A stretch of 64,000 nt of DNA from Eledone cirrhosa. Its lineage: Eukaryota. A model generated the notes under the pieces. That model saw only the letters and a list, made by a program, of their open reading frames with translations. It was not told the origin of the DNA and did no database searches. Position numbers and translations under genes: made by a program. The DNA is taken from positions 134,354,001-134,418,000 of the forward strand of contig OZ024740.1 in the NCBI GenBank assembly GCA_964016885.1, in the 5' to 3' direction. This document shows, one piece after another, positions 30,331 through 43,820 of this stretch. The first letter of the stretch is position 1; each line of letters opens with the position of its first letter.

Positions 30331-32432
30331 CCACTGTCGGACAGACAGACAGAGAAATTGCTGGATTATACTCCTAGCTGCGCTGAGTGGAATCTCCTGT
30401 ATAAGGTTAGACTTTTCAATATTTCTTGTTTATATTTCCTAATATAAAATTTGGGTATTGAATGTTCGACTTTGTATCCCAAATAAGCTTTTATTTGCTT
30501 GTATATATGTATATGTATAAACTTCGTTATGTTTATATGTGTATATGCGGCTAGCTTGTCGAGTGCTTTGTTTGGCGCGAATTCTTTTCTTTGAATTCAA
30601 CCGCCAAACCACGTGTTTTAGTCTACAATAGATTCCTTCCCCTTTCCCATTAGAGGCAGCATGTAAGATTGGCAAGAACTACTGGATTCCTAGTCCAGTG
30701 GTTCAGCTAACATACACTGTATAGACCTATCTTATGATCTGGGCAACCTGCTGATGTGTGTAACAGCCCCGTTACGTAAATATCTGCTGCTGTTACGTGA
30801 TTTTCTGAACATTGAGAATCTAATATCTGCATTTGTGAAGTTGCATGGGAAGGATATCGTCCAGGAGTTGAGAATTTTACCATTCTCTCTACCAAAACAC
30901 AGCCACCGTATCTGCTATTAACTAAATGTGTGCACTCTGAACAGTTGATTGCAACTGCATTACTGCAATTCGGCTGATTCGTTGAGTGAGCTAGACGTTG
31001 GCCGGAGATCGTTAACTTAATACCAGCGATCTTCATTAATTTTATAATGTATATATATATATATATATTATATATCTTCATATATATATATATATATATA
31101 TAGGAACAAGTAGGACCCCGACGGCTGAGCTCAAGCCGTTTCGACGGCTAATTCTGGACTAAATGAAAATGTTTATCCTGGTAAATGAATAGCCGAACTT
31201 CTCAGGGGGTAATTCCATATATGGTAAAAGTGATTGTCACAAGGATTGGTCAAAAGTTTCTATCGTGGCATTTTGTGGAAGGTAGGGGTAGCTGAACTTG
31301 CCAGTAGAAGAAAGGGGGAGAGGGAGTGGAGGAAACTCAGTCAAGCGTTGAAAGTGGCAACTACAGCAGATTCTAAGGATAGTGAATAGAAGGTCGAAAA
31401 AATTATACTAGAGAAGGGGATGGGGGAGGAAGTTGAAACAATAAGTAAACTAAATGGAATAAATATATAGAAAATATAAAAAATATAAAAAATATATTAA
31501 AAAAAAACAATTTCTGGTTACTAGTCCCCTTCCACAATCATCAAATCTCTCACTAGTGCTGCTAAGCTATAGAAAAGTTTAATAGGTGGGACGGAATACT
31601 AAATAAGAGATTGTAGTGAAAGAATTTGATGAGTTAGTAGTAATCGGCCAAATCTATCTTACAATGACAGGTCAACAAGTAGAGGGCCAACATACTAAAA
31701 AAAAATAATACGAAATAATAATTCAGAATCCCGAAACTAATACGAAATATTAATTCAGAATCCCGAAACATGAATACTAATACGATATATATAAGTACTG
31801 CTACAATACATAAATTCTAATACAATCTACATAAATACTCATACAATAAATATTAAAAAATAATACAATATATATAAATACTGCTAAAATACATAAATTC
31901 TAATACAATCTACATGAATTCTCGTACAATATATATGAAAAACTAATACGAAAAATTAATTCAGAATCCCAAAAAATAAATACTGATATACGAGAAACTA
32001 AAGCAGAAATACCACTAAGAAATCCAGAAATCACGTAAATGGGGCAGCAACCAGAGAAGAAAGCAAGTATCTGGGGTCTAGCACATCTGCTATAAAAAGT
32101 GGAATCGGCCAATTCTATCATAAAATAAGGGGGGTGCTGAGGCTACAGAGGACCGAAGGGCTGCATCGGGGAGGACGAGAAGGTGAAAAGAACGACGACA
32201 ACGAAGGAGATCTGGGGTGGAAGGACTAGGAATGGATGGGGGGAAGAAGGAAATATAGAGGAAACGATAAAAAATATATTAAAAAAATATATAAAAAAGT
32301 TACGTCTACCTTTGTAAGCAGGGGTTACCCCTTACAAAGTCGGCAAGTGGGCTGTTTCAGCCCTTATTTACCCCCCCCCCCCGAGTCATTATGGGGTTTG
32401 AGGGCGAGGTAAGTCCTACGCAATCTGTGTTT

Positions 32433-34465
32433 TCATGCAGTTACCAGTTCGTCTTTCTTGTTTAGGAGTTGGTCCGTCAAAAACAGCATTTGTAATGTTT
32501 CCTCCGAGCATAAGTTACACGGACGGCGTCCTCCCGTGTAAGAGTTGGCTCTGGACAGTAAGCTCCAAGTGAGATTATAGGTTATATTGTTATCTTTGAG
32601 GTCCCAGATGTGGCCCGAAAGGGTAGTGGCGTGACGCCGGGCCGGGTTTCGGAAAGTATGTCTGTGTTGGTATAGCCGGGTCTTGAAGTCACAAGCGGTT
32701 AATCCTATATAAGCTTTGTTGGAGGTGTCCGTCCTCACGTTGCACTGGTAGATCACATTACGATCTCTGCATCTGTTGTCGAGGGGGCAAAGGGATCCAT
32801 CAGTACAGTTACACGTCCTGGTCGGCTCTTCACTGCTATCTAGGTTATTTCTTCCATATGGGTTGAGTTTTTTGTTGCGAGAGGAGACGATGTTTTGTGC
32901 AAAGTTAGGTGAGGTGCTGTAGGGGAGTTTGATGGTATTTTTGTTGATTATGTTGTGGTAGCGGTGTTGTAGTGGGAAGTGTTTTTCGATGAGCCTAAAG
33001 AATATTTTCCCGATAGGTGTTGTCACCTCGGCATTGTGGGGAGGATTATACCACGTTACGTTGCGTGAGTGGCGGTGTCGCCTGCTGGTTCCGCTAATGG
33101 AAGCTGGAAAATAGGATATTTCCTCCCGGAAGCCACTCCGCTTGAGGGCCTGGTTGTAATAAGGCGCATGTTCCTCGAATATCTGCTCATTAGCGGACAA
33201 ACGAGATATGCGGAGGGAGATGTTTTTAACCAGGTTATTGGTGATGTTTCTAGGATGGTTCGACCGGCGGTGGATGGAGTGCAGGTTGTCGTTTGGTTTC
33301 CTGTATGGGTAGTACAGATCGTTATCGAGGTTAAGGGTAACGTCCAGGAAGTTTACTTGAGTTAGGGACGTTTGTAGGGTTATTTTAAATCCCCAGTCGC
33401 GGAAGAAGCTGATTAATTGTTTACGGACTCGGTCTGTGCTACTGGGGTTGTACCCTTTAAGGGTAAGGAGCCCATCATCACGGTACAATCCACCGCCGAA
33501 TGCAGGAAACATATCGGTGAGTTTAAATAGTAGGAATAATCCTATAAGATCTGTGACTTCAGCCGAATCCGTCGCGCCCATACCGACGTCGAAGGGGGAG
33601 TCGGGAGCTCTCTTTATCCATTTGGAGTTGTCGAAAAGTAGGACTGTCTTCCTGACGTGGAGGATGATATTTCTTTCCTGGTCGGTGATGGGCGCAAGTG
33701 TCTCGGCAAAGTCCAAGGCGGCCGTAAGGAGCGGTAAGGTAATTGAAGCATAGTAACTCTCTATGTCAAACTGGATGAATTTTGTGTCTCGTTTGTCTTC
33801 CATATTGCTGAACCATGAGATTACTTCCTGGGTGTTGAACCATAGGCTAAGTCTGGCGTTTTGCTTAACTTTTGGTATAACGCGGTCTAGGATTTTTTTA
33901 CTGATTCTCCCTATGTCGGACTTCGTTGGGTTTATAAGCCTGATAGATGGTTTACGGTCGAAGATTTGTGGTCCTTCAGTGTGAAGTAGGGAGTCCGTGG
34001 GTCTAGGGGTTCCGTGCGGTCGGCGACCCGGAGGCTGGAGGTAATTTGTTGTCCATCTCGATTTATGTCCTCGATGCTTGAGTGGTTAGCCTTTTTATAG
34101 GTGGAGTTTAGGCTGCTCCTGATCAGTGTGTGGTATCTATCGGGGTTGACGAAGTAGAGTTTACCAGTTTTATCCGAGAGCACCATGATGTCATTGGTGT
34201 TTTCATACTCTGTTAAATTGCTACGGAGTTTTTGTAGGAATCTGTTGTGTCTGGGTTTGAATTTAATGCTCTTGATCAATTGGAAAAGGTCATTCTCGAA
34301 GGGTGAGAGCATAGGGTTGGGAGGGGGAGATTTGTAGGTATTAAATCCAAATCTCTCCTTGGTATCGAAGTCCTGATTGTCGCAATATCTGTCGTAGAAA
34401 AAAGTTCTCCATCTTAGTCTTTTCGCAAAGAGGTCGATTTTTTGCGTGAGCAATCCTTGTGACAA
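32433..34465 (-). CDS. PLE RT / GIY-YIG endonuclease (one frameshift near 33960)
   Basis: LKDHK//IRLINPTKSDIGRISK, FDIESYY, FDVGMG, LYRDDGL, VNFLDV, WYNPP, CNC..CPL..C, VIYQC..YIGLT..FKTR..H, CNLC, LLNKKDEL. Confidence 0.9.
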
Positions 34466-34488
34466 TCACTTTTACCATATATGGAATT

Positions 34489-34584
34489 ACCCCCTGAGAA
34501 GTTCGGCTATTCATTTACCAGGATAAAAATTTTCATTTAGTCCAGAATTAGCCGTCGAAACGGCTTGAGCTCAGCCGTCGGGGT
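34489..34584 (+). ncRNA. Candidate type I hammerhead with long stem II (mirror at 31115-31210, minus)
   Basis: acccc-CTGAGAA-g..cggcta[loop]tagccg.c-GAA-acggct(tgagctc)agccgt-C-ggggt; all three stems present; core deviates from CUGANGA. Confidence 0.6.
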
Positions 34585-34675
34585 CCTACTTGTTCCTATT
34601 ACCCACTCTACTACCCTAAGTATTGAGTACTTTGGTGCGTTATGTTCCATCTGGTTCCTTACCACATTTCCTTCG

Positions 34676-34734
<59 letters not shown>

Positions 34735-36649
34735 CACTAAAACAGTATATTCCTAATCTTAGATGTATTTATAGTAAACGATAACCTGAAGACAAGAGTT
34801 ATTATACTTAATGTTTTATGAGAAAGGCTCATTTTTAGATCCTGTCGACATATACTTGACATATAGTCGCACACATACCAGTGTACTGTGTAACACCACT
34901 AACTACGAATGTGTCAAACGCATTATTTTACCGTTCCATCTTCACTCAGGAAATTCTTCCACATTTGCGGTTTTTTTATCTTTGCCTATATTCCTTCTTG
35001 ACTGTCTATAGACATCGCTACGCTCAGGGAAACCCATCATTCAAAAGCTCTATTACTTATGCACCATACACATGCCCACCTATAAACACACAAGTACAAA
35101 TATATTCACTTAAACATATACACACATTTAATCGCCAAAAACAATAAATATCTAATCGTAAATGTAGCTGTTTGTCACCAGAAGTAAAATGATGTTTAAA
35201 TTTCCCCAGTGTGTATTCTTTTGTGCATTGTTAAAATAATGTTAGAGACAAATATTTCTCATATATTTCACAATTATAGGGTTTTTCTCTCCAAGGTGAT
35301 TACGTTTGCGGATACTTACGAATTCTTAATAAATGATTTCCCGTATATTTCACAGAGAAACTGTTTGCTGAAATGTGTAATCGCTATTGTTTAGTTGAAA
35401 TTCTTTCATAGACAAAATATTTTCCACGTTGTGTGAGTTCCCCTATTGTATGTTTCTTTGTACTTGAAAAATTCGTGTTTTAAAGAAAATATTTTTTTCT
35501 TCACTGTAATATTCAGTAATATTTATGTGTAATGATTCTCGTATAGTACACGTTTCACTTCGTAAAGGTTTCTCGCCGCTGTATTGCCGTCCTACTGGTA
35601 TGCCATGTCCCTTCAAAGGACTCTGGACTCCCATAGGCATAAATTTCACAGTGTTCATCAACAAATCCCATTTTCAAACTGCAGTTGGAAGAGACTTGCC
35701 TCTATCATGGACGTTCTATATGCTGGATGTTCTCATTCTGTAAGACAGAATAATCTCTATGCCAAAGCATATTTTAAAAGCTTAGAACGTTGTTTATCGT
35801 GAAGAATTTCGCTGAGAATATTTTGTCTATGTTTTGATAGAGGTAATAATATTTTTGGACCGTGCATCGCAGTTACAAAGAATACTAACGCTGTGTTTCA
35901 AACAATACATTTATGCAGAACTACCATGATAAATTTTTTGAAAAGGTTGACCAACATTGAATCGCCTTCTTCACAGGAAAAGCTAGGTATCATTTGAGCA
36001 AGTAATTGTGAGCGTGTGTGTATCTTTCACCGATGTACATCGGTGAATGATAAACCCATCGGTGAGGAAATCGCTAAACCAGCGCGTTCGAACATTTTGA
36101 TATTTATTCTGCGAGAGATTCACAAACACTCCCTTGTCACTCTCGCCATCGAAAATCCAGTGAACCACTGATTGACTCACTTGAAACCTATAACTCTTGA
36201 AACAATGCGTGAAATAAATTGGTGAGATTGTTACTCAAAACATGGAAAGTCAAACAATACCGACCTGAACCGAAAGAATAGATAAAGTGATCAATGTTTG
36301 TGTACATCTATTCTTTTAGGTGACTAGTAACTTGCTTTGAATGACAACAAGGGCTGTCAATTTCACCCAGAAGTGAGTTAAGAGGAAAATATCTCTGAAA
36401 TGTCAAATGTAGGTGGCAAATGCTAAATTGCTTCGCTGGCCACCGTATTTTAATCCAAAAAACGTAGGATCAGACTAAAATATTTTCTCGGTATAGTTTA
36501 GTGGAATTGGTTACAAAGTCCATCTGTTGCCGACATCTACTTAGAATCGTATCATATTCTGTGGCCAGTGAGATGCAAGTAAGATTCCTGAGCAGTGAAT
36601 AGGTTTATTTGTTGTGTGTTAAATATCATTTTTCACTGTTTTTTCACAT

Positions 36650-37100
36650 TTTCAGTCATATGATTCGCGTATACTAGGGATGACCTACAAGATTCTCAAA
36701 TTTTACCAGACGCTCATACTCTTCTATCGATCGGGAAATACAGTTGATGCAATGTCCACTTTATCCTTCTAGATAGGTTTCATGGGGGTTAACTACGATA
36801 TCCTAGAGTATATCATGTGTGTCGATGGGAACATATTAAACGGCCTTTCCTAGGGAACTTTTGGGTGAAGGGTTACTTATAATTTCTATTGCCTCTCAAT
36901 GCTATCAATAATGAGTCACCGATTCTAGATAGGCTCTATCGACATGGCAGTTCCGTCATTTGAATGTCTCTGGCAAGACGGATGAACATCCTCCTCGTAT
37001 TCGTTCAGCGTTGTTGGATCTCTGGCACTGTTTCGTTTCTCTTTGCACCAAATTTACCTCACTACTCACAGATAAAATCAATGGTTTTTATTCAACTTTC
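36650..37100 (-). pseudogene. Possible highly decayed PIF/ISL2EU-type transposase remnant
   Basis: Weak motifs IIDSIE..IE and ISRSIEEYERLV resembling IIDCTE..IE and IA..RIHVER; many stops. Confidence 0.25.
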
Positions 37101-37719
37101 AACCGTACAATACCGCGATTATTGTAAGCAGAATACATTATTGTTTGTTTTTGTTGGTGTTTATTCCAAATCGCGAACAAGGAAAAAGTGAATTTAGGCT
37201 GAATTTGAATTGAGAATGGAGAACAGATTTTTTAGATAGCGTACACCATATATGTATGTATAACCTGTCAAAATATTCATGCGTGGCTATCGCTTCACTG
37301 ACGTGCACGATACTGTCCGATACTGCCTTGTAAATCTAACTTTATTTAAAACAAAATCACTTATACACAAAAATGTAATTCCTTCTTATAAATTAGTTTA
37401 AAATCCTCGAAATCGGAAAAATTCTTAGATGGCTATTCTATTCCGATTCAGATATTGGCTTTGTTAAGTATAGTTCCTATGTCAATCCTTTATTCATTGG
37501 ATTTTATACTAATCGAAAAATTTAAGAGGTTTTCATTTTTCTTTTCTTTTCTTTATTAGAAAGACTTTAAATTGTTTCTTGTCCTCGTCAACATTTTTTT
37601 TCTAACTCGAAGTCAAGTTAAATATACTTTTATTTTTTCCAATTTAAAAGGCTATATAAGTTTACAGATTTAGGACGTAAAGCCTTTCTTTACTTATTTT
37701 CATCTGCCTACCTATATGC

Positions 37720-37772
<53 letters not shown>

Positions 37773-37820
37773 CGTGTGTGTGTGTGTGCTTGAGTATCTA
37801 TGTGTATGTGTGTATATATA

Positions 37821-37912
<92 letters not shown>

Positions 37913-38208
37913 GTATTTATTCATTTGTTTGTATATTCATTCAATGTTGATATAAAAAAGAGACTGATTCAAATAGAATTAATATATCATTTCCACTATA
38001 TTATTGCAGAAACCTTACAAAGAACGAAATAATGTGTTTTATACGACCGCACACAGAGAAACAAAAATGTAACTACATACATACATAGATACATACATGT
38101 GTACATGCATGCATACATACATACGTGCGTACGTACATAAATATATACATACATAGCGTATCCCGATATGTACGCAGATTCGACCATAATAAGGTGTACG
38201 TATTTACG

Positions 38209-38251
<43 letters not shown>

Positions 38252-38635
38252 TAGATAGATAGATGAATAGAGAAGTAAATAGACTGTTGAATAGAACGTT
38301 AAATAGACAAATAAATATAATCATTGAAATATACAATTATAGATGAAATCAATGGTAAAAATAAAATGTTAAAAACAAACTAGGTATATCTATTCTATTT
38401 ATTATTTCCTTACAAAATCAACCAATGTGTTTCAACTTAAGCATCTTCAAAAAAATGTTAACTTAAAAAATACATCATTTAGTAATTGATGTCAGACTGA
38501 AAAATATAAACCAAAAAGAGCTATGCGTTGAATATGTTTTCGAAATTGTAGCAACCGTAGAGGTCGGTACAAAGTCCCTTACACAACGTATTATTTGCTG
38601 ATATCTAAAGAAATGCTATTTTACTATTCTCAATT

Positions 38636-38733
<98 letters not shown>

Positions 38734-39002
38734 CCAAATATACCAAAATACCATTCTCACTCTTTCCAGTCCCATTTTCTTTCTCTGAGTAACTGCCCTC
38801 GTGATAGCTTCATCTATATTTCTCTCCTTGTTCTTCCCTGTCTGGTTTCCTTTAGAAATCTTCTATGTGAACAAAGGTACCAATTTTCATTTTTTGTTTT
38901 GTAAATACGAAAGAGATTTATTTTTGTGTTAACTTTATTATTCTTTCCGTAGGTACCTTGATTTGATTCATACTGTATTTTCCCATATATATATATGTAT
39001 AT

Positions 39003-39200
39003 GTCAGATCACTCTTGAGTGCTACTGGTAACATGTAAACCAGTACAACCTGTCGCATGGTCGGGTCGTCGGCGACTAAACTGGCAACCCCACCAAGTTT
39101 ACTTGGTGAGGAGGGTGATTTTGGACACCCTGCAGGACAAAAAACAAAACCTGACAAAGGGCGGAAGAACTCATAAGAGTCAACTGCTATCCAAAAATGA
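39003..39200 (+). mobile_element. Solo RTE 5'-end fragment
   Basis: Homologous to 28430-28615 (-), 45720-45918 (-) and 51376-51570 (+). Confidence 0.75.
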
Positions 39201-39833
39201 GTAAATATGTATATACACATGTACATATCTATGTGTATATGCATGTGTATGTGTATGTGTATGCGTATGTATATGCCTGTGGTGTCAGGTAGGGGCATGT
39301 ACCCCCCCCCCCATGTATATGGGGGCTAGCCATGCCCTTTTCAGGACAGCTCGTCCTTTATTGGGACCCACCTGACACTCAGCTCTCACCTGTGGCCCCC
39401 AAAAGCTGTAGCATGCAACAGTGGCCACACCCTGGTAAACCGCCTTGGCTGGCGGGCCGAACCAGGTTGAGGGTAGCCGGGCGGGTCTGAACCCCCCCCC
39501 CCCCCGGTGAGTTAGATGGGGATGCCTTCCCCCGCATGCGAAGACTGGACCCGGCAGAGTGAGTGGAGGAGGACAACATCGTCCAAACGGTCACGAAGGC
39601 GGCGTCAGCTGACTTTAGGCTCTAACAGTGACTATCCTTAACACTTTGGTTAACCTATACTTTTGTCAGAATATGATTAATGATTTTACGTATTAATCAA
39701 TATTCTAATACATGTACTTCTGCTCCTAACATTAAATTTTAGTAGAGCTGCTTCTTTTTAGACCAAACGCACTGCTGTTTCTAGCATTCCTGTTGGCCTG
39801 CTTGTATCCATATATTATTAGTACATTGCTCAG

Positions 39834-40020
39834 GGCGGTGAATTGGCAGTATCAGTAGAGGGTCGGACATGCTTTCCAGCATAGTTACGTCCCTTTACGA
39901 TCTGAGTTCAAATCCCGCCGAGGTTAACTTTGCCTTTCATCCTTACGGGGTCGATAAAATAAAGTACCAGTAATGTACTGGGATAATTTCTGGCCTTGTG
40001 CCAAAAGTGGAAACAATTAT
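39834..40020 (+). mobile_element. tRNA-derived SINE
   Basis: A-box-like 'tggcagtatcagtag', B-box 'gagttcaaatccc', body shared with 47446-47612 (-) and 55365-55730 (-). Confidence 0.8.
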
Positions 40021-40247
40021 TAATACATTGCTCACCCTATGCGTTCAGATCCTCTTTTGAATCTATGGTGACTGGTTGTCTATAATGCGTTTAGTAAGAT
40101 GAATGTTATGGTGCCTTCTATTTACCATTTGCACTCATGAAACAGCTGTATAGAAATATTGAAATTTTGGAATGTTACCATCTATGTAAGTTCTTTGACT
40201 TGCTATCCAATTTTTTTTTTTTTTTGGCAATGCATCTATGTGTATAC

Positions 40248-40283
<36 letters not shown>

Positions 40284-40298
40284 TTGTGTGTGTTTGTA

Positions 40299-40329
<31 letters not shown>

Positions 40330-42704
40330 CTGTGTGTTTGTGTATGTGTATGTGTGTGTGTGTGTGTTTATGTATGTGTATGTGTATGTGTGTGTGTATA
40401 TAGTGAGAAGCGATCTTCTAACAACTTTGTTCTCATATCTTCTTGTGTCATTGCACCTATATAATTGTAGAAACACGCATATTATGTGGATACCTTTGCC
40501 TAGACAATTTCTTAGTTATTGTGTTACTGCTCTTAATTAAAATTCTTAAATTTGTAGCGCTGATTTTAGGTTCTAACAGAGACTAGCCTTAACACTTGTT
40601 AACCTATACTTTTGTCAGACAATATGATTAATAATTTTTAGTATTAATCAATATATACATATATATATATATGTGTGTGGGGGGGTGTATGTATGTATGT
40701 ATGTATGTATGTACGTATGTGTGTGTGTTCGTGTGTATGTGTGTGTGTGTGTGTAATGATTTTACAGAGACATCTACGGATGTAATAACTTCGGAAAAAT
40801 ATTCAACAAATATCTCATGTATATATAAAATATCACCGGCTGAAATTAAATTAACATTAGAAATATGAACAATCTTTGCACATATGAATTAATATAAACA
40901 TTTGGGTAATTCATGATTTTAGCAATGTATAATAGAAGCTAACTGAATAGTCGTCATTAGGTGATCAAAATAAGTACAATGTAGCTGACGTTTGTTTTAT
41001 AACGTAAGGAATATAATTATTGTTGAAGACACGTTTACTATAATGAAAGTATTTTAATAAAGAATTAAAATAATAAATAGGAAGAGAGAGATAAGGAGGG
41101 AAAAGGGGAAGCTAAAAAAGTATAAAATGAAAAGAGATAAAGAGGGAGTAAGAGGGTAAACTCTACACCTTTGGTTGGGTGGTATATCTCAACTGCACCC
41201 TGTTAACAAGATGGTGAAAGCATTTCTGCGGAGAACAGCCAATAATACTTGCTGCATCGACCATTCCACCTCACGGGGCTCCTTCCTCGGGTGAAATGCG
41301 CTGCTTCCAAATTTGTGGAGGAAAACAGCAGTGCTGGTACAGAAGATTTTGGATGTCTGGATGGTGACCGGTACGAAAAGTAAACGGTTGGTCAACTGCT
41401 GGGATCTGGATTTATTCCACTCTTCTGCGTTAAGGACGGCAATTCCCTGGTTTGCGATCGAAGTGACAAAGTTGGAACCCTAGAAAGTGTGGCAGTGTGT
41501 AAAGTCCCATATTAGTGATTTACGCCACTCGATTAGATAAGGGTTATCACGTCTGTGCACTTACGATGACTACCGTCCAGGTCAGCTGGTTCCAGTTGTG
41601 ATAGGAAACCGGCTGCTTCACGGCTCACGGCTCCTTCCAATGATATCATTCGTTGTGGCGTGCCGATACATTTGACCTGCGCTGTGGCGTCAAGAAAGTG
41701 GATGTCGCCTGAACTACTTGACAATGAATCCACAACAGCATTTATGTTGCTCACACAGGCAAAAGCCAAAGAGCATAGCCACTCCGCTACAGGTGCACTC
41801 ATTATCAAAAAGGGTACCAGTTGATAAAGTGGGCCCCAAATTGAGCTATTTGCCGATGCTCTAAAGCAGACAGTAAGAAGGTGATACAGTGTTATTCCAA
41901 GGAAGACTTGGTCCTCGTACAGGTTGAACTGCATTTGGTGTCATCACATTTGTGTTGGAATCCTGCAGAGTGGGGGACAGTGAGACAATCAATTCAAACG
42001 ATTAGAGTTGGTTCAGGTTTCTCGTTCACATAAGATTCCGAACATTTTCAGAGAATCTCGTTGATGAGGGTGCAGCTGAATGTCATGGTTGGCAGGTAAG
42101 CAAGCAGAACCAGGTTCGAAGTTGAGCGAAAGTCGATGTCACCGAATGTCCCGAATTTCACCAGTCGATGTTGTCGAAACTTACATTACAAGTAAGTTTG
42201 GCGCAACGACAGATGGTGGCGTCAAATTTGTGGAGGCATCCCGCGTGAGGATGACAAGGCGCACTGCGCACCGAAAATAGAGATTTGACAAGGACGAAGC
42301 AGCTCTTCAGGAAATAAAGCCTGTGTACGCATCGATGAGGTTTTTTTGGCTTCCAAGCACTCGTATGATTTTCGAGAGATTTGAAAAGCAAGAATGTAAG
42401 CATCCTCTCTTGGAGCATGACGTACCTCAGTCTAAACAGGCAAAACCAGGGGTGGTTTGCCTTTGCTGAACACTGAATTGGTAGACCATTTCCGATTCGA
42501 ATTGGTCCTCTATTTTCTATTTTTATTCTCTGTTTGTGTTCGCCGTAATCCTTTTGTCTTATGGAAATAATTCTGCAATTAACACCTGATGAAATCGCCT
42601 AAGTCTTGCATCATGAAAGCTGGGCCATCAAAATATGTATAGTGTTTCCGCGAATTAAAATTATGAAGTAAATGTCTAGTCCTTCCTTCTTTTGTTTTAA
42701 TGAG

Positions 42705-42735
<31 letters not shown>

Positions 42736-42745
42736 GTATATATGT

Positions 42746-42952
42746 ATTAGAAGGTGAGGGGGGGGGGGGGGTTAAATGAAAAAAAAACGCGATGTCCTAC
42801 ACGAGTGAAAGTATAAGGAAAAAAGATGAAATCGAAAATGCAACTGGAGTCTTTTTTAAAATATATATATATATATATTTGGTCCCTTTACCGGTTTCGC
42901 AGTTCTTGTGCTTTTCAAGAGTAGAATTGAGATGGAGGGTCTGTGGTTTTTC
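42746..42952 (-). mobile_element. Solo 3'-end fragment of the 14600-23058 PLE family, containing an HHR
   Basis: Matches 14600-14800 ('tgtcctacacgagtg.aagtataa..gatgaaatcgaaaatgcaactg..cctttaccggtttcgcagttctt'); flanked by (TA)n. Confidence 0.85.
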
Positions 42953-43066
42953 TATATATATATATATAGTTCAAGGAAACAACAAACAGAGGTACAAAAA
43001 GGCCTATTAGTTTCACACTTTATATGGAAAAGGGGAAAGAACGTTCGACGTGTCAGGCTTTAGCCC

Positions 43067-43107
<41 letters not shown>

Positions 43108-43756
43108 AAAATTTGAAAATATGACCGGTCTGAACGCAGGAAATTGCTGTAATGACTGTCGATCATAACAGATAATTGCCGATATTGACGAAAGGGATGA
43201 ACAGAAGCGCCTACGAGGAATGAAATCCTGTATCTTTCAAAGACACACACACACACTCGCATACACACATACACATGCATATGTGTGTGTGTGTGTGTGA
43301 CATTTCACGCACTTTCTTTTAAATTTCATTCTCAAAGCTTTTGGAGAATGACCAGAGTATATTGTAACATACGCATTTATAGATACGAATTTGTAAATAC
43401 GAATTCATCACGAGGTGGGATAGATCTCAGAACCACAAGGTTTACAAATGAATATTCTTAACCAAATAGCTATATCTGCACAAATTGTGTGAGTTCGTTT
43501 GTTTTGTTGTTATTATTATTGTTTTGTTTTTTTTTCCTTTTGAGTAGATGGAGGAGTGTTTGACATTTTGACATATTATGAGTAAGACTTGTCAACTGTC
43601 TCAACCAACCGACACATTTTAATTTAGTTTCGGCAAACAAATTATTGGCCTTCTAGAAAGAAATAGACAAAAGAACATGTATGATGCATACACATACACA
43701 TACACACATATACATAGAAACATACACGTGCTCACACATATATTCTTTCACACACG

Positions 43757-43820
<64 letters not shown>

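Larger units (their letters stand above)
31101..34678 (-). mobile_element. Penelope-like element (Naiad-like), 5'-truncated, with inverted 3'-end copy
   Basis: RT-GIY-YIG ORFs on minus strand; 31101-31248 is the reverse complement of 34451-34598; both ends abut (TA)n. Confidence 0.9.

Noticed and set aside
35440-36200. Possible exon or pogo/Tigger transposase relic (VKFMPMGVQSPLKGHGI)
   Set aside because: Only faint resemblance to the FLPPN..QP.DQGI motif, with many stops; insufficient without a profile search
41190-42480. GC-richer block with several short ORFs, possible host exon
   Set aside because: No coherent ORF or splice pattern; weak hints of a decayed LINE endonuclease region on the minus strand only
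42584-42630. CTGATGA...GAAA hammerhead-like motif
   Set aside because: No convincing stems I-III or NUH cleavage site
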